DNA of 58,113 nucleotides, taken from Mariprofundaceae bacterium (GTDB lineage Bacteria > Pseudomonadota > Zetaproteobacteria > Mariprofundales > Mariprofundaceae). The notes beneath the pieces were generated by a model that saw nothing but the letters and a program-made list of their open reading frames with translations, had not been told where the DNA came from and did no database searches. A program made the position numbers and the translations under genes. Location: positions 1-58,113 of the forward strand of contig WFNX01000079.1 of NCBI GenBank assembly GCA_015488375.1, given 5' to 3'. Numbering within the stretch: position 1 is the first letter of the stretch; each line of letters starts with the position of its first letter. Of this stretch, positions 39,515 through 48,228 are shown one piece after another.

Positions 39515-40705
39515 TTATCCTGTTGATCCGCATTTTCCGGCTGCGCGATGCAATGCATTGCGGCCAAAACGCTGCTGAATACGATCGACAATGCGATCAA
39601 TCTGCTGCTGTTTACGCTGACTGCCCGCTTCGGCAAACAATTCACCCTGGCGCGGACTTTCCGCAGCTTGCAGGCGTTCGACTCCGACACCTATCAGACG
39701 CAGGGGCTGATGTTGCCAGTGGCGAACAAACAAACGCCGGGCCTGTTGCCACACGGCATGCGTGGTATTCACCGGTTGCGCCAATGATACCCTGCGGGTC
39801 ATGGTGTGAAAGTTGCCATCGCGCAGGCGAATCCATACTCCCTGGCAACATTTCCCCGACTGTCTCAGACGCCAGGCCACATGTTCGGTCAGCATCAGCA
39901 ATTGCGCGCGCAACCGGTCCTCGTCATGCACGTCTTCGGCAAAGGTGATTTCATGCGAAATCGACCTGGCCTGCCGATCCGGCACAACAGGGCGATCGTC
40001 CCGGCCATGGGCCAGTTGCCAAAGCAGGCGCCCCTGCCGACCCAGCCATGCCTCCAGTTGTGCGGGATCATGTTTCCTGAGATCGGCAATACTGTGGATA
40101 TCCATGCGTTCAAGGCGATGTGCTGTCGCCTTGCCAACGCCCCATAATCGCGATACCGGCAACGAAGGCAGAAAACGTTCAGCCTGATGCTGCGGGATAT
40201 GCACCAGGCCATCCGGCTTGTCGATATCGCTGGCCAGCTTGGCCAGAAACTTGTTGCCGGCAATGCCGACCGAAGCAGTCAGCCCCAGTTGCTGCTGAAT
40301 AGCATCCTTGATACCCCGTGCAATGGCCTGTGCCGAACCAAACAACTGCAGGCTGTTCGTCACATCAAGAAAAGCCTCGTCCAGCGACAATGGCTCAATC
40401 AGCGGTGTGTAGCGTGCAAAAATCTGCTGAATTCGATGACTGATATCGCGATAACGTGGCAGACGTGGCGGCAGCAGTATCAGTTGCGGACACAGACGCA
40501 GGGCTGTTGCCGTCGGCATGGCGCTGTGAATACCGAAGCGGCGCGCCTCATAGCTGGCTGCGGCCACAACGCCACGTCGGGTAGCATTGCCGCCAACGGC
40601 CAGCGGCAAACCGGCGTATTGCGGATGATCCAGCATTTCAACGGCAGCGAAGAAGGCATCCATATCCACATGCAGGATCGTGCGGCTGCCTCCCTGTTCA
40701 GTCAT
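39515..40705 (-). CDS. dinB: DNA polymerase IV (Y-family)
   Basis: ILHVDMDAFFAAVE, SLDEAFLDV and IAGNKFLAKLASD motifs. Confidence 0.95.
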   Translation of the reverse strand: MTEQGGSRTILHVDMDAFFAAVEMLDHPQYAGLPLAVGGNATRRGVVAAASYEARRFGIHSAMPTATALRLCPQLILLPPRLPRYRDISHRIQQIFARYTPLIEPLSLDEAFLDVTNSLQLFGSAQAIARGIKDAIQQQLGLTASVGIAGNKFLAKLASDIDKPDGLVHIPQHQAERFLPSLPVSRLWGVGKATAHRLERMDIHSIADLRKHDPAQLEAWLGRQGRLLWQLAHGRDDRPVVPDRQARSISHEITFAEDVHDEDRLRAQLLMLTEHVAWRLRQSGKCCQGVWIRLRDGNFHTMTRRVSLAQPVNTTHAVWQQARRLFVRHWQHQPLRLIGVGVERLQAAESPRQGELFAEAGSQRKQQQIDRIVDRIQQRFGRNALHRAAGKCGSTG

Positions 40706-42041
40706 CGTCCTGTTGCCGGCCGATGGCCGCGGTCTCTGTCAAATGCTGCGGCAATTCCTTGCGTGTCTTGCCGGCCAGCCTGCCCAGCTGATCGATCTGG
40801 CGAATCACGTTGCCGGACCCGGACACCATGCGCCCATGCGCCGTATCATAGGCCTTGCGCGCCTGCTCCAGCCGGCTGCCGATTTCCTCAAATGCCCTGA
40901 CGAAGTCAACCACCTTGTCATGCAGTTTCGAGGCGCGCTCAATCAGTTTGACCACATTTTCACTCTGCCGCTCATAACGCCAGAGCTGTTCGATCAGCTT
41001 CAGCGTTGCATACAGGGTGGAAGGCGTAACCACGGCCACGCGCCGGTCGAATGCCTCCTCGAAAATGCCCTGATCGGCCTCGATGGCCATCATGTAGGCT
41101 CCCTCGATGGGCACAAACATCAGCACATAGTCCGGCGAATGCACGCCCGGTAACTGATCATAGCGTTTCTCCGCCAGCGCACGGATATGCGCGCGCAGGC
41201 TGGCCACATGCGCCTTGATATGGCGCTGCCTGTCATTGTCATTGGCGGCCGATAATGCCCGTTCGTAATCGGTCAGCGAAACCTTGGAATCGATAATCAC
41301 CTGCTTATCACCCGGCATGTGCACAATCACATCCGGGCGCAGGCGCTTGCCGTCTTCCAGTGTCGTCGAGTCCTCACGCACGAACTCGTGCCCCTCGCGC
41401 AGGCCTGAACTTTCAAGGATACGTTCAAGAATCATCTCGCCCCAGTTGCCCTGCGCCTTGCTCTCACCTTTCAGCGCCTGCGTCAGATTCAGCGCATCCT
41501 CGCTCATCTGGCGGTTCAGCTTCTCCAGTTGTTCCAGATGCTTCAGCAGCGAGGCTCGCCCCTCGGCATCCCGGATATGCACTTCCTCAACCTTTTGGCG
41601 AAAATCGCTCAATTGCTCGCGCACCGGTTTGAGCACCGCATCGAGACTGCTGCGGCTCTGCTCCGTCAATGCCTTGCCCTTTTCCTCAAAGATCCGGTTG
41701 GCCAGCAGCCGGAACTCGCTGGAAAGCTTTTCTTTTGCCTCCTCCAGCAACGCCAGCTTCTCGCCTGCTGCCTTGCGTTCACCCTCAAGCTGCGTCTGCA
41801 GCGCCTTGATCGCTGAGTGCGCCTCGGAAAGTTCGCCCCTGAGCGCCTCCAGAGCCTGTTCCCTTTCAGCCAGTCTCGCTTTCAGTTCGGCTTCCTGCTT
41901 CTCCGCATGTTCCACTCGCGCCTGCATCGCCGTCTGGGCCATCATCTGTTCATTCAGGGCCTGCCTCTGTCTGCGATCATGCATAAACCACAAGCCCAGA
42001 ATCAGGACAATAACACCACTCATTATCATTTCAGTCGTCAT
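40698..42041 (-). CDS. rmuC: DNA recombination protein RmuC
   Basis: N-terminal TM segment, a long coiled coil and a C-terminal RmuC nuclease-like domain (RPDVIVHMPGDKQVIIDSKVSL). It overlaps the dinB start by 8 nt. Confidence 0.92.
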   Translation of the reverse strand: MTTEMIMSGVIVLILGLWFMHDRRQRQALNEQMMAQTAMQARVEHAEKQEAELKARLAEREQALEALRGELSEAHSAIKALQTQLEGERKAAGEKLALLEEAKEKLSSEFRLLANRIFEEKGKALTEQSRSSLDAVLKPVREQLSDFRQKVEEVHIRDAEGRASLLKHLEQLEKLNRQMSEDALNLTQALKGESKAQGNWGEMILERILESSGLREGHEFVREDSTTLEDGKRLRPDVIVHMPGDKQVIIDSKVSLTDYERALSAANDNDRQRHIKAHVASLRAHIRALAEKRYDQLPGVHSPDYVLMFVPIEGAYMMAIEADQGIFEEAFDRRVAVVTPSTLYATLKLIEQLWRYERQSENVVKLIERASKLHDKVVDFVRAFEEIGSRLEQARKAYDTAHGRMVSGSGNVIRQIDQLGRLAGKTRKELPQHLTETAAIGRQQDDD

Positions 42042-42240
42042 GAATGAACTTCCCGCGCATGCATTTTTTCATCATTGCCTCTTTCCGGGTTAACCGCTCC
42101 TGTCCGATCACTATCAACCAACAATGCCAGTGCATTCATGCTACCCGATCACCCCGGCATAACATGACACCTGTCCGTCTGATACCCTCGTGATCAGTGT
42201 CGAATATTAACGACACGCTGCAGGCGCTTGCTTCAGCACA

Positions 42241-44856
42241 TCAACATTTCAGCAATTCGCCCACGCAGGCCAGTGCCTCGCCCAGTTTATCAGGTTCCGT
42301 ACCGCCGGCCATGGCCATATCGGGCTTGCCGCCACCCTTGCCGCCGCAGCGTTGCGCTACCTCGCGCACAAGATTCCCGGCATGGAAGCGATCGGTCAGG
42401 TCCTTCGTGACGCCGGCAATCAGCTGCACCTTCTCGCCACGCACCTGACCGAATACAATCACGCCGGACTTGAGCTTGCCCTTGGCCTTGTCCATGAAAT
42501 CACGCAGATCGGCGATATCCTTCACTTCCGCCGTCAATACACGGATGCCGCTAATCTCCTTAGCCTTCCCGACCAGCTCATCGAGCATGCCCGTAGCGGC
42601 TTTGGCCTTGAGCGACTGCAGCGCCTTTTCCGTTTCTTTCAGTTTCTGCTGCAGGGCCGCGATGCTTTCAACAACCTCCTGCGGCCTGACTTTAAGCTGC
42701 CCGGCTGCCGCCGCCAGCGTCCCGGCATCGGCGACAAAGCTTTGATAGGCGGCCACGCCGGTCAGCGCCTCGATACGACGCACGCCAGCGGCAATGCCGG
42801 ATTCGGAGACAATGCGGAACGGGCCGATATCGCCAGTCCGCGCAACATGGGTACCACCGCACAACTCGGTGGACATGCCGGCGGAGACCACCCGCACCTC
42901 ATCGCTATACTTTTCGCCAAACAGGGCCATGGCGCCGCTGGCCATCGCCTCTTCCTGGCTCATCAGCCGGGTTTCCACGACATCATTGGCCATGATGGCG
43001 GCATTGACCGCCGCCTCGATACGTTGAAGTTCTTCATTTGAAACAGACTGGAAATGATTGAAATCAAACCGCAAGCGCTCCGCTGTCACCAATGAGCCGG
43101 CCTGTTTGACATGCGTACCCAGCACCTGGCGCAACACCGCATGCATCAGATGCGTGGCCGTATGGTTACGACGAATCGCATCGCGTCGCTCACCATCAAC
43201 CTTCAAATGCGCGATGCCGCCGCTGCGCACAACGCCCCGACTGACTCTGCCGATATGCACATGCAGATCGGCCAGCATCTTTTTCGTGTCCGTGACCGTA
43301 AACTCGCCATCCGCAGTGGTAATGACGCCGGTATCCCCGACCTGGCCACCGGACTCGCCGTAAAACGGGGTCTGGTTGGTGATCAACCAGCCTTCCTCAC
43401 CCTCTTCAAGCACATCCACGGCCTCACCATCACGAATCAGGCCGCTGATTGCGCCTTCGGCCTCCAGCGTCGTATAGCCGAGAAATTCGGTTGGCCCGTA
43501 CTGTTCACGCAATTCAAACACTGCCGCGGGCAGCGCCGCCTCACCGCTGCCGCCCCAGGCGGCTCGGGCACGCGCCCGCTGCTTCTCCATACAGGCCTCA
43601 AAGCCTTGCATATCCAGCCGGATATCGCGCCCTTTCAGGATGTCCGCCGTCAAATCGGTGGGAAAGCCATAGGTATCGTACAGGGTGAACAGGGTCTGAC
43701 CGGGAATTGTGCCTCCGCAGCCGGCATCGGCCGCAGCCTGTTCCACCAGCCTGAGTCCTTTGTCCAGGGTTTTGATGAAGCGCTCTTCCTCGATGCGAAT
43801 CACCTGCTCGATATTGGCCTGGTTCTCCTTGAGCTCCTGAAAATGCGCCCCCATCTCGCGCACCAGCGCATCCACCAGGCGGTAGATAAAGGCTTCCTTC
43901 ATGCCCAACAGGCGTCCGTGACGGCAGGCGCGACGCAGAATGCGGCGCAGGACAAAGCCGCGCCCTTCATTCGATGGCAAGACGCCATCGGCCAGCAGAA
44001 ACGACACCGAGCGCAGATGGTCTGCCAACACACGCAGGGACACATCCCGTTCACGATCCTCACCGAAACGCACACCGGTCACCTCGCAGGCGGCAGCAAT
44101 CAGGGACCGAAACAGGTCGATATCATAATTGTTGTGCACGCCCTGCATCACGGCTGCAATGCGTTCCAGCCCCATGCCGGTATCCACGCTGGGTCGGGGC
44201 AATGGCGTCAGCCCCCCCTCCTCGTCGCGGTTGTATTGCATGAACACCAGATTCCAGATTTCGACAAAACGGTCGCCATCTTCCTCCGCCGTACCCGGAG
44301 GTCCGCCCCAAACCCCGGGGCCGTGATCGAAAAAGATTTCCGAGCACGGGCCGCAGGGGCCGGTGTCACCCATGGACCAGAAGTTGTCCTTGGCGCCGAT
44401 GCGCGCAATGCGATCTTCGCCAATGCCGATTTCATGGCGCCATATATTATAGGCCTCGTCATCTTCCTCGAAGACCGTGACAAACAGCCGTGCCGAATCA
44501 AGCTGCAGGATTTCGGTCAGGAATTCCCAGGCATAGGCAATGGCCTCATGCTTGAAATAGTCGCCGAAGGAAAAATTGCCCAGCATCTCGAAAAACGTGT
44601 GATGCCGCGCCGTATGGCCGACATTTTCCAGGTCGTTGTGCTTGCCGCCGGCACGCACGCATTTCTGACTGCTGGCAGCCTTCACATAGGGGCGCGTTTC
44701 ATCGCCCAGGAACACATGCTTGAACTGCACCATACCGGCATTGGTGAACATCAGCGTCGGATCGCCATGCGGCACCAGAGAAGTTGACGGAACAACGGTG
44801 TGGCCCTTGTCGGCAAAATAATCGAGAAACGTTTTACGAATTTCCGATGTCTTCAT
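42241..44856 (-). CDS. alaS: Alanine-tRNA ligase
   Basis: MKTSEIRKTFLDYFADKGH start (M10 of the track ORF), the FTNAGM motif, an editing domain with HTATHL and a C-terminal DHHA1 domain. Confidence 0.97.
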   Translation of the reverse strand: MKTSEIRKTFLDYFADKGHTVVPSTSLVPHGDPTLMFTNAGMVQFKHVFLGDETRPYVKAASSQKCVRAGGKHNDLENVGHTARHHTFFEMLGNFSFGDYFKHEAIAYAWEFLTEILQLDSARLFVTVFEEDDEAYNIWRHEIGIGEDRIARIGAKDNFWSMGDTGPCGPCSEIFFDHGPGVWGGPPGTAEEDGDRFVEIWNLVFMQYNRDEEGGLTPLPRPSVDTGMGLERIAAVMQGVHNNYDIDLFRSLIAAACEVTGVRFGEDRERDVSLRVLADHLRSVSFLLADGVLPSNEGRGFVLRRILRRACRHGRLLGMKEAFIYRLVDALVREMGAHFQELKENQANIEQVIRIEEERFIKTLDKGLRLVEQAAADAGCGGTIPGQTLFTLYDTYGFPTDLTADILKGRDIRLDMQGFEACMEKQRARARAAWGGSGEAALPAAVFELREQYGPTEFLGYTTLEAEGAISGLIRDGEAVDVLEEGEEGWLITNQTPFYGESGGQVGDTGVITTADGEFTVTDTKKMLADLHVHIGRVSRGVVRSGGIAHLKVDGERRDAIRRNHTATHLMHAVLRQVLGTHVKQAGSLVTAERLRFDFNHFQSVSNEELQRIEAAVNAAIMANDVVETRLMSQEEAMASGAMALFGEKYSDEVRVVSAGMSTELCGGTHVARTGDIGPFRIVSESGIAAGVRRIEALTGVAAYQSFVADAGTLAAAAGQLKVRPQEVVESIAALQQKLKETEKALQSLKAKAATGMLDELVGKAKEISGIRVLTAEVKDIADLRDFMDKAKGKLKSGVIVFGQVRGEKVQLIAGVTKDLTDRFHAGNLVREVAQRCGGKGGGKPDMAMAGGTEPDKLGEALACVGELLKC

Positions 44857-45307
44857 GTATCCCCTCATCCGGCCGGAGTTCATTATCCGGCAGTTCGTTC
44901 ATCACCCGCAGAATCGTAGCAGTATCGAAGCCCTTGTTCCGTAAAAAACGCACCTGTCGTCGCCATATACGTGCATCCTGCCGACGCCGTGCCTGCGGAT
45001 CGCGCCGGATCAGCAAATCACGACACGCCTGTTCCGCATCGAATACGCGCTCCGTTTCCTGCAAGACCTCGTGCAAAACGTCGTCATCCACGCCCCGTTG
45101 CCGCGCACGATATGCCGCCACGCGGGGTGTTTCCCCCTTGCGTATGCGACTGCGCAAAAACGACTCGGCAAAACGCCGTTCGCTGAGATAGCCGGCTTCG
45201 CGCAACTGCCTTAGTACGTCCTCGACCGTATCTTTCGCGAAGCCCTTATCCTGCAATCTGTGCCGCAACTCGGCGGCACAGTATTCACGCATGCCAAGCA
45301 GACGCAC
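44834..45307 (-). CDS. recX: RecA regulator RecX
   Basis: About 157 aa of helical repeats in the recA-recX-alaS position. The 3' end overlaps the alaS start by 23 nt. Confidence 0.87.
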   Translation of the reverse strand: MRLLGMREYCAAELRHRLQDKGFAKDTVEDVLRQLREAGYLSERRFAESFLRSRIRKGETPRVAAYRARQRGVDDDVLHEVLQETERVFDAEQACRDLLIRRDPQARRRQDARIWRRQVRFLRNKGFDTATILRVMNELPDNELRPDEGIHEDIGNS

Positions 45308-45335
45308 AGCGAACTGCCAGGCATCGGGATCGATC

Positions 45336-46349
45336 TTACTGCTCAGCCGCGGCCTCGCTGTTGTCGGTCAGCCCCAGCTTCTGGCGTACGGACAATTCAA
45401 TTTCCTCCAGCATCTCCGGATGTGCTTTCAGGAAGTTGATTGCATTATCACGCCCCTGACCGATGCGTTCAGTGCCATAGGCATACCATGCGCCGCTCTT
45501 GTTAACAAAGCCGTATTTGACGCCCATATCGAGAACTTCTCCGGCATGGGAAATGCCCTCGCCATACATGATGGAAAACTCGGCCTGCCGGAACGGCGGT
45601 GAAACCTTGTTTTTCACGACCTTGACCCGGGTCTCATTGCCCAGCACCTCATCGCCCTTCTTGATCGCGCCGGTACGGCGCACATCCAGACGAATGGAGG
45701 CATAGAACTTCAGCGCATTACCACCGGTGGTCGTTTCGGGATTGCCGAACATCACGCCGATCTTCATGCGAATCTGGTTGATAAAGATAATCATCGTCTT
45801 CGAGCGGGAAATCGAACCGGTCAGCTTGCGCAGCGCCTGACTCATCAGCCTGGCCTGCAGTCCCATGTGCGAATCGCCCATATCCCCGTCCAGCTCGGCG
45901 CGTGGCGTCAGTGCGGCCACCGAATCCACAACGATGATATCCAGCGCACCGGAACGGGTCAGCATATCGACAATCTCCAGCGCCTGCTCGCCCGAGTCCG
46001 GCTGCGAGACCAGCAGGTCTTCAACATTGACGCCCAGCTTTTCCGCATAGACCGGATCCAGGGCATGCTCCGCATCGACAAATGCGGCCGTACCGCCCTG
46101 CCGCTGCGCCTCGGCCACGGCATGCAGGGCCAGTGTCGTCTTGCCGGAGGATTCCGGCCCGTAAATCTCGATTACCCGTCCGCGCGGATAACCGCCGACG
46201 CCGAGTGCCGCATCCAGCGCCAGACTGCCGCTGGGAATCACATCAACGGCCACCTTGCTCTGGTCGCCCAGACGCATCACCGTTCCCTTACCGAACTGAC
46301 GCTCAATCTGGCTCAGTGCCGTTTCCAGCGCCTTGGATTTATCAGACAT
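45336..46349 (-). CDS. recA: Recombinase RecA
   Basis: [22 protein letters not shown] start (M14 of the track ORF) and Walker [10 protein letters not shown]. Confidence 0.98.
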   Translation of the reverse strand: MSDKSKALETALSQIERQFGKGTVMRLGDQSKVAVDVIPSGSLALDAALGVGGYPRGRVIEIYGPESSGKTTLALHAVAEAQRQGGTAAFVDAEHALDPVYAEKLGVNVEDLLVSQPDSGEQALEIVDMLTRSGALDIIVVDSVAALTPRAELDGDMGDSHMGLQARLMSQALRKLTGSISRSKTMIIFINQIRMKIGVMFGNPETTTGGNALKFYASIRLDVRRTGAIKKGDEVLGNETRVKVVKNKVSPPFRQAEFSIMYGEGISHAGEVLDMGVKYGFVNKSGAWYAYGTERIGQGRDNAINFLKAHPEMLEEIELSVRQKLGLTDNSEAAAEQ

Positions 46350-46932
46350 TTGTGTCTCCTTCAATATCAAACTCTTGCACACAGGCATAGCGGGCGCCCT
46401 CGGGGCGCAACCATGAACGAAACAGGCATAACCGCGTCGGCCTCCATATCATAGGCGGAAGCTCCGGCATCTGCCGCCACTGCTCGGGCGTAAACGGCGC
46501 CGGATTTTCCCTGCCGGCCCGGGCCAGAGTAATATGTCCGCGGAAAGGCTCCTCCCTTGCGCTGCGCTTGCGAAGCGTAGCATGCCCGGCCTGCCTGCAA
46601 CAACGGGCAAGTTGCTTCAGTCGCCCGGGCTGGGCGGCATCATCCACGCCGATCCAGAATGTACGTGGCCGGGCCGGACGGGGAAACACGCCAACATCCG
46701 AAAAGTGCAGAACCGGCGCAACACATGGCAAGACATACTCTTGCAAGGCATCGCCCAGAACATCGCATGTCTGATCGCTCACCTCACCGTAAAAAGCCAG
46801 CGTCAGATGCCAGTTGCGTTCAGGTATCACGCGCCACGCATGGGGATTCAGCGCCTCCATCGCTTGTCGTTGCCATTCGACAAGCGCCTCTCGCACATGC
46901 AACGGTATCTCCAGCGCCACAAACAACCGCAT
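46342..46932 (-). CDS. thpR: RNA 2',3'-cyclic phosphodiesterase (ThpR/LigT, 2H family)
   Basis: Two HxTx motifs (HLTLAF, HITLAR). The start MRLFVAL has GGAGG 6 nt upstream. The stop overlaps the recA start by 8 nt. Confidence 0.87.
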   Translation of the reverse strand: MRLFVALEIPLHVREALVEWQRQAMEALNPHAWRVIPERNWHLTLAFYGEVSDQTCDVLGDALQEYVLPCVAPVLHFSDVGVFPRPARPRTFWIGVDDAAQPGRLKQLARCCRQAGHATLRKRSAREEPFRGHITLARAGRENPAPFTPEQWRQMPELPPMIWRPTRLCLFRSWLRPEGARYACVQEFDIEGDTNV

Positions 46933-46946
46933 CGCCTGCCTCCGGC

Positions 46947-46963
46947 CATGTGCAGCGCACATG
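46947..46963. promoter_or_regulatory. Perfect 7-3-7 palindrome CATGTGC-AGC-GCACATG; candidate operator or 5'-UTR hairpin
   Basis: Read directly from the sequence. It begins about 2 nt after the predicted TSS and ends 14 nt before the thpR ATG (3 nt upstream of the GGAGG SD). Confidence 0.4.
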
Positions 46964-46971
46964 ACTCAGGA

Positions 46972-47000
46972 AACGTAGAAAGTCACCGCCCAATATTCAA
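46972..47000 (-). promoter_or_regulatory. Sigma-70-like promoter of the thpR-recA operon (TTGAAT-17-TACGTT)
   Basis: On the minus strand, the -35 TTGAAT is at 47000..46995, followed by a 17-nt spacer and the -10 TACGTT at 46977..46972. This is a by-eye match only. Confidence 0.4.
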
Positions 47001-47062
47001 GCCTCGGATACGGACAGATCCCGGAACCCGTCCCGGGCCCGGCCACTCATTGACAATACGGT

Positions 47063-48208
47063 TTATGCGTGAACAAAGCTGTCGATTGCACAGGCCAAAC
47101 GGTCCGGATCAGACAAAGGCGTATAACAATGCGGTGACAGGCGGACACCGCCGCCACGACAGGCACAGATGATATCCTGACGCATGAGATGGCGCACCAG
47201 GGCCTGGTGGGCGGCCAGGTCCCGGCCACGCACGCGAAACGTCACGATACCGGCGCCTCGCTCCGGCTGCGGCGGAGAAAGCAATTGCCAGTCATCACGG
47301 TCCGCAATCCAGTGCCGCAATTGCCGCGCCTTTTCCAGCACCAGACCCTCGACCTTCGCCATACCAACATCCTGCAACAGCGACAGACTGGCCTCCAGCG
47401 CATATATTCCTGCCATGTTCGGGCTGCCCGGCTCAAAACGCCGCGCCGATGTTGCCGCCTGCCAGTCCCTGCGATCAAAATCACCGGCCTCGGCGGTCAT
47501 ATGCCAGCCGTATTGCAGCAGGCGCAAACGGTCACGCGCGGCAGGCGTACTGTAAAAGACGGCCAGCCCCTCCGGCCCGAGCATCCATTTATGTCCATCG
47601 GCCACGACAAAATCCGCCAGGCATTCCTGTGCATCGAACTGCAGGGCGCCGAGATGCTGAATTGCATCCACACAAAACAGAACCCCCTGTGCGCGGCAGG
47701 CTTGTCCAAGGCGCCGGATATCCAGGCGCAGACCATTGCCGAATTGCACGGAGCTTATGCTGAGCAGACGCGTGCGTGCATCCATAAGATTCAACAACTG
47801 CTGCTCGGGATCGTCATGCGCAAGATCCGCATAACGCACGCTCACGCCCTGATCCGCCAGTGATTCCCAGACAATCCGATTGGAGGGAAACTCCTGTTTG
47901 CTGATGACGATATTATCGCCCGGCTGCCAGTCCAGCCCATAGGCAATCAGCGACAGCCCTTCCGAGGTATTCTTCACCAGCGCAATATCATCGATATGCG
48001 GCGCCCCCAGCAGTCGCCGCAAACGCTGACGCAGGCGATGCTCCGTTCCCAGCCAGCGCGGATAATCGGCAGCCCCCTGACGCATATTTTCCTCGGCAAA
48101 GGCCTGCACCTTCCGGGCCGTCCGTCGGGGCCAGACACCAACCGCGGCATGATTAAGATATTGCAGGCCCTCACGTAACGGAAATTCATCCGCCAGAGAA
48201 AATGACAT
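47063..48208 (-). CDS. Class V aminotransferase-fold PLP enzyme (cysteine desulfurase / selenocysteine lyase-like)
   Basis: ADGHKWMLGPEG contains the PLP-lysine context. The start is set to the second ATG (7 nt after AGGAGA). Confidence 0.82.
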   Translation of the reverse strand: MSFSLADEFPLREGLQYLNHAAVGVWPRRTARKVQAFAEENMRQGAADYPRWLGTEHRLRQRLRRLLGAPHIDDIALVKNTSEGLSLIAYGLDWQPGDNIVISKQEFPSNRIVWESLADQGVSVRYADLAHDDPEQQLLNLMDARTRLLSISSVQFGNGLRLDIRRLGQACRAQGVLFCVDAIQHLGALQFDAQECLADFVVADGHKWMLGPEGLAVFYSTPAARDRLRLLQYGWHMTAEAGDFDRRDWQAATSARRFEPGSPNMAGIYALEASLSLLQDVGMAKVEGLVLEKARQLRHWIADRDDWQLLSPPQPERGAGIVTFRVRGRDLAAHQALVRHLMRQDIICACRGGGVRLSPHCYTPLSDPDRLACAIDSFVHA

Positions 48209-48228
48209 CGGCATGTCTCCTGACGAAG

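Noticed and set aside
43111-44787. A very long antisense ORF (558 aa) inside alaS. Similar cases are 36196..37674 (492 aa, in yheS), 31357..32715 (452 aa, across cinA/pgpA/thiL), 7136..8482 (448 aa, across tsf/rpsB), 20704..21714 (336 aa, across argB) and 1105..1890 (in bamA).
   Set aside because: For the cases I checked by coordinate arithmetic (alaS, yheS, argB, tsf), the antisense frame is codon-aligned with the real gene. Stops there would require the sense codons TTA, CTA or TCA, which this genome evidently avoids. The translations are low-complexity and R/A/G/Q/H-rich with no recognisable motifs, whereas the sense strands carry unmistakable family signatures.
45336-46440. A search for canonical LexA boxes upstream of recA, uvrB and rmuC/dinB. 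A repeated TATGCCTGT (two copies, ~40 nt apart) lies inside the thpR 3' end upstream of recA.
   Set aside because: I saw no CTGT-N8-ACAG, GAAC-N4-GTTC, GTTC-N7-GTTC or CCT-N10-AGG match. The TATGCCTGT repeat has only a CTGT half and lies in coding sequence. I kept only the 46947 palindrome as a candidate.
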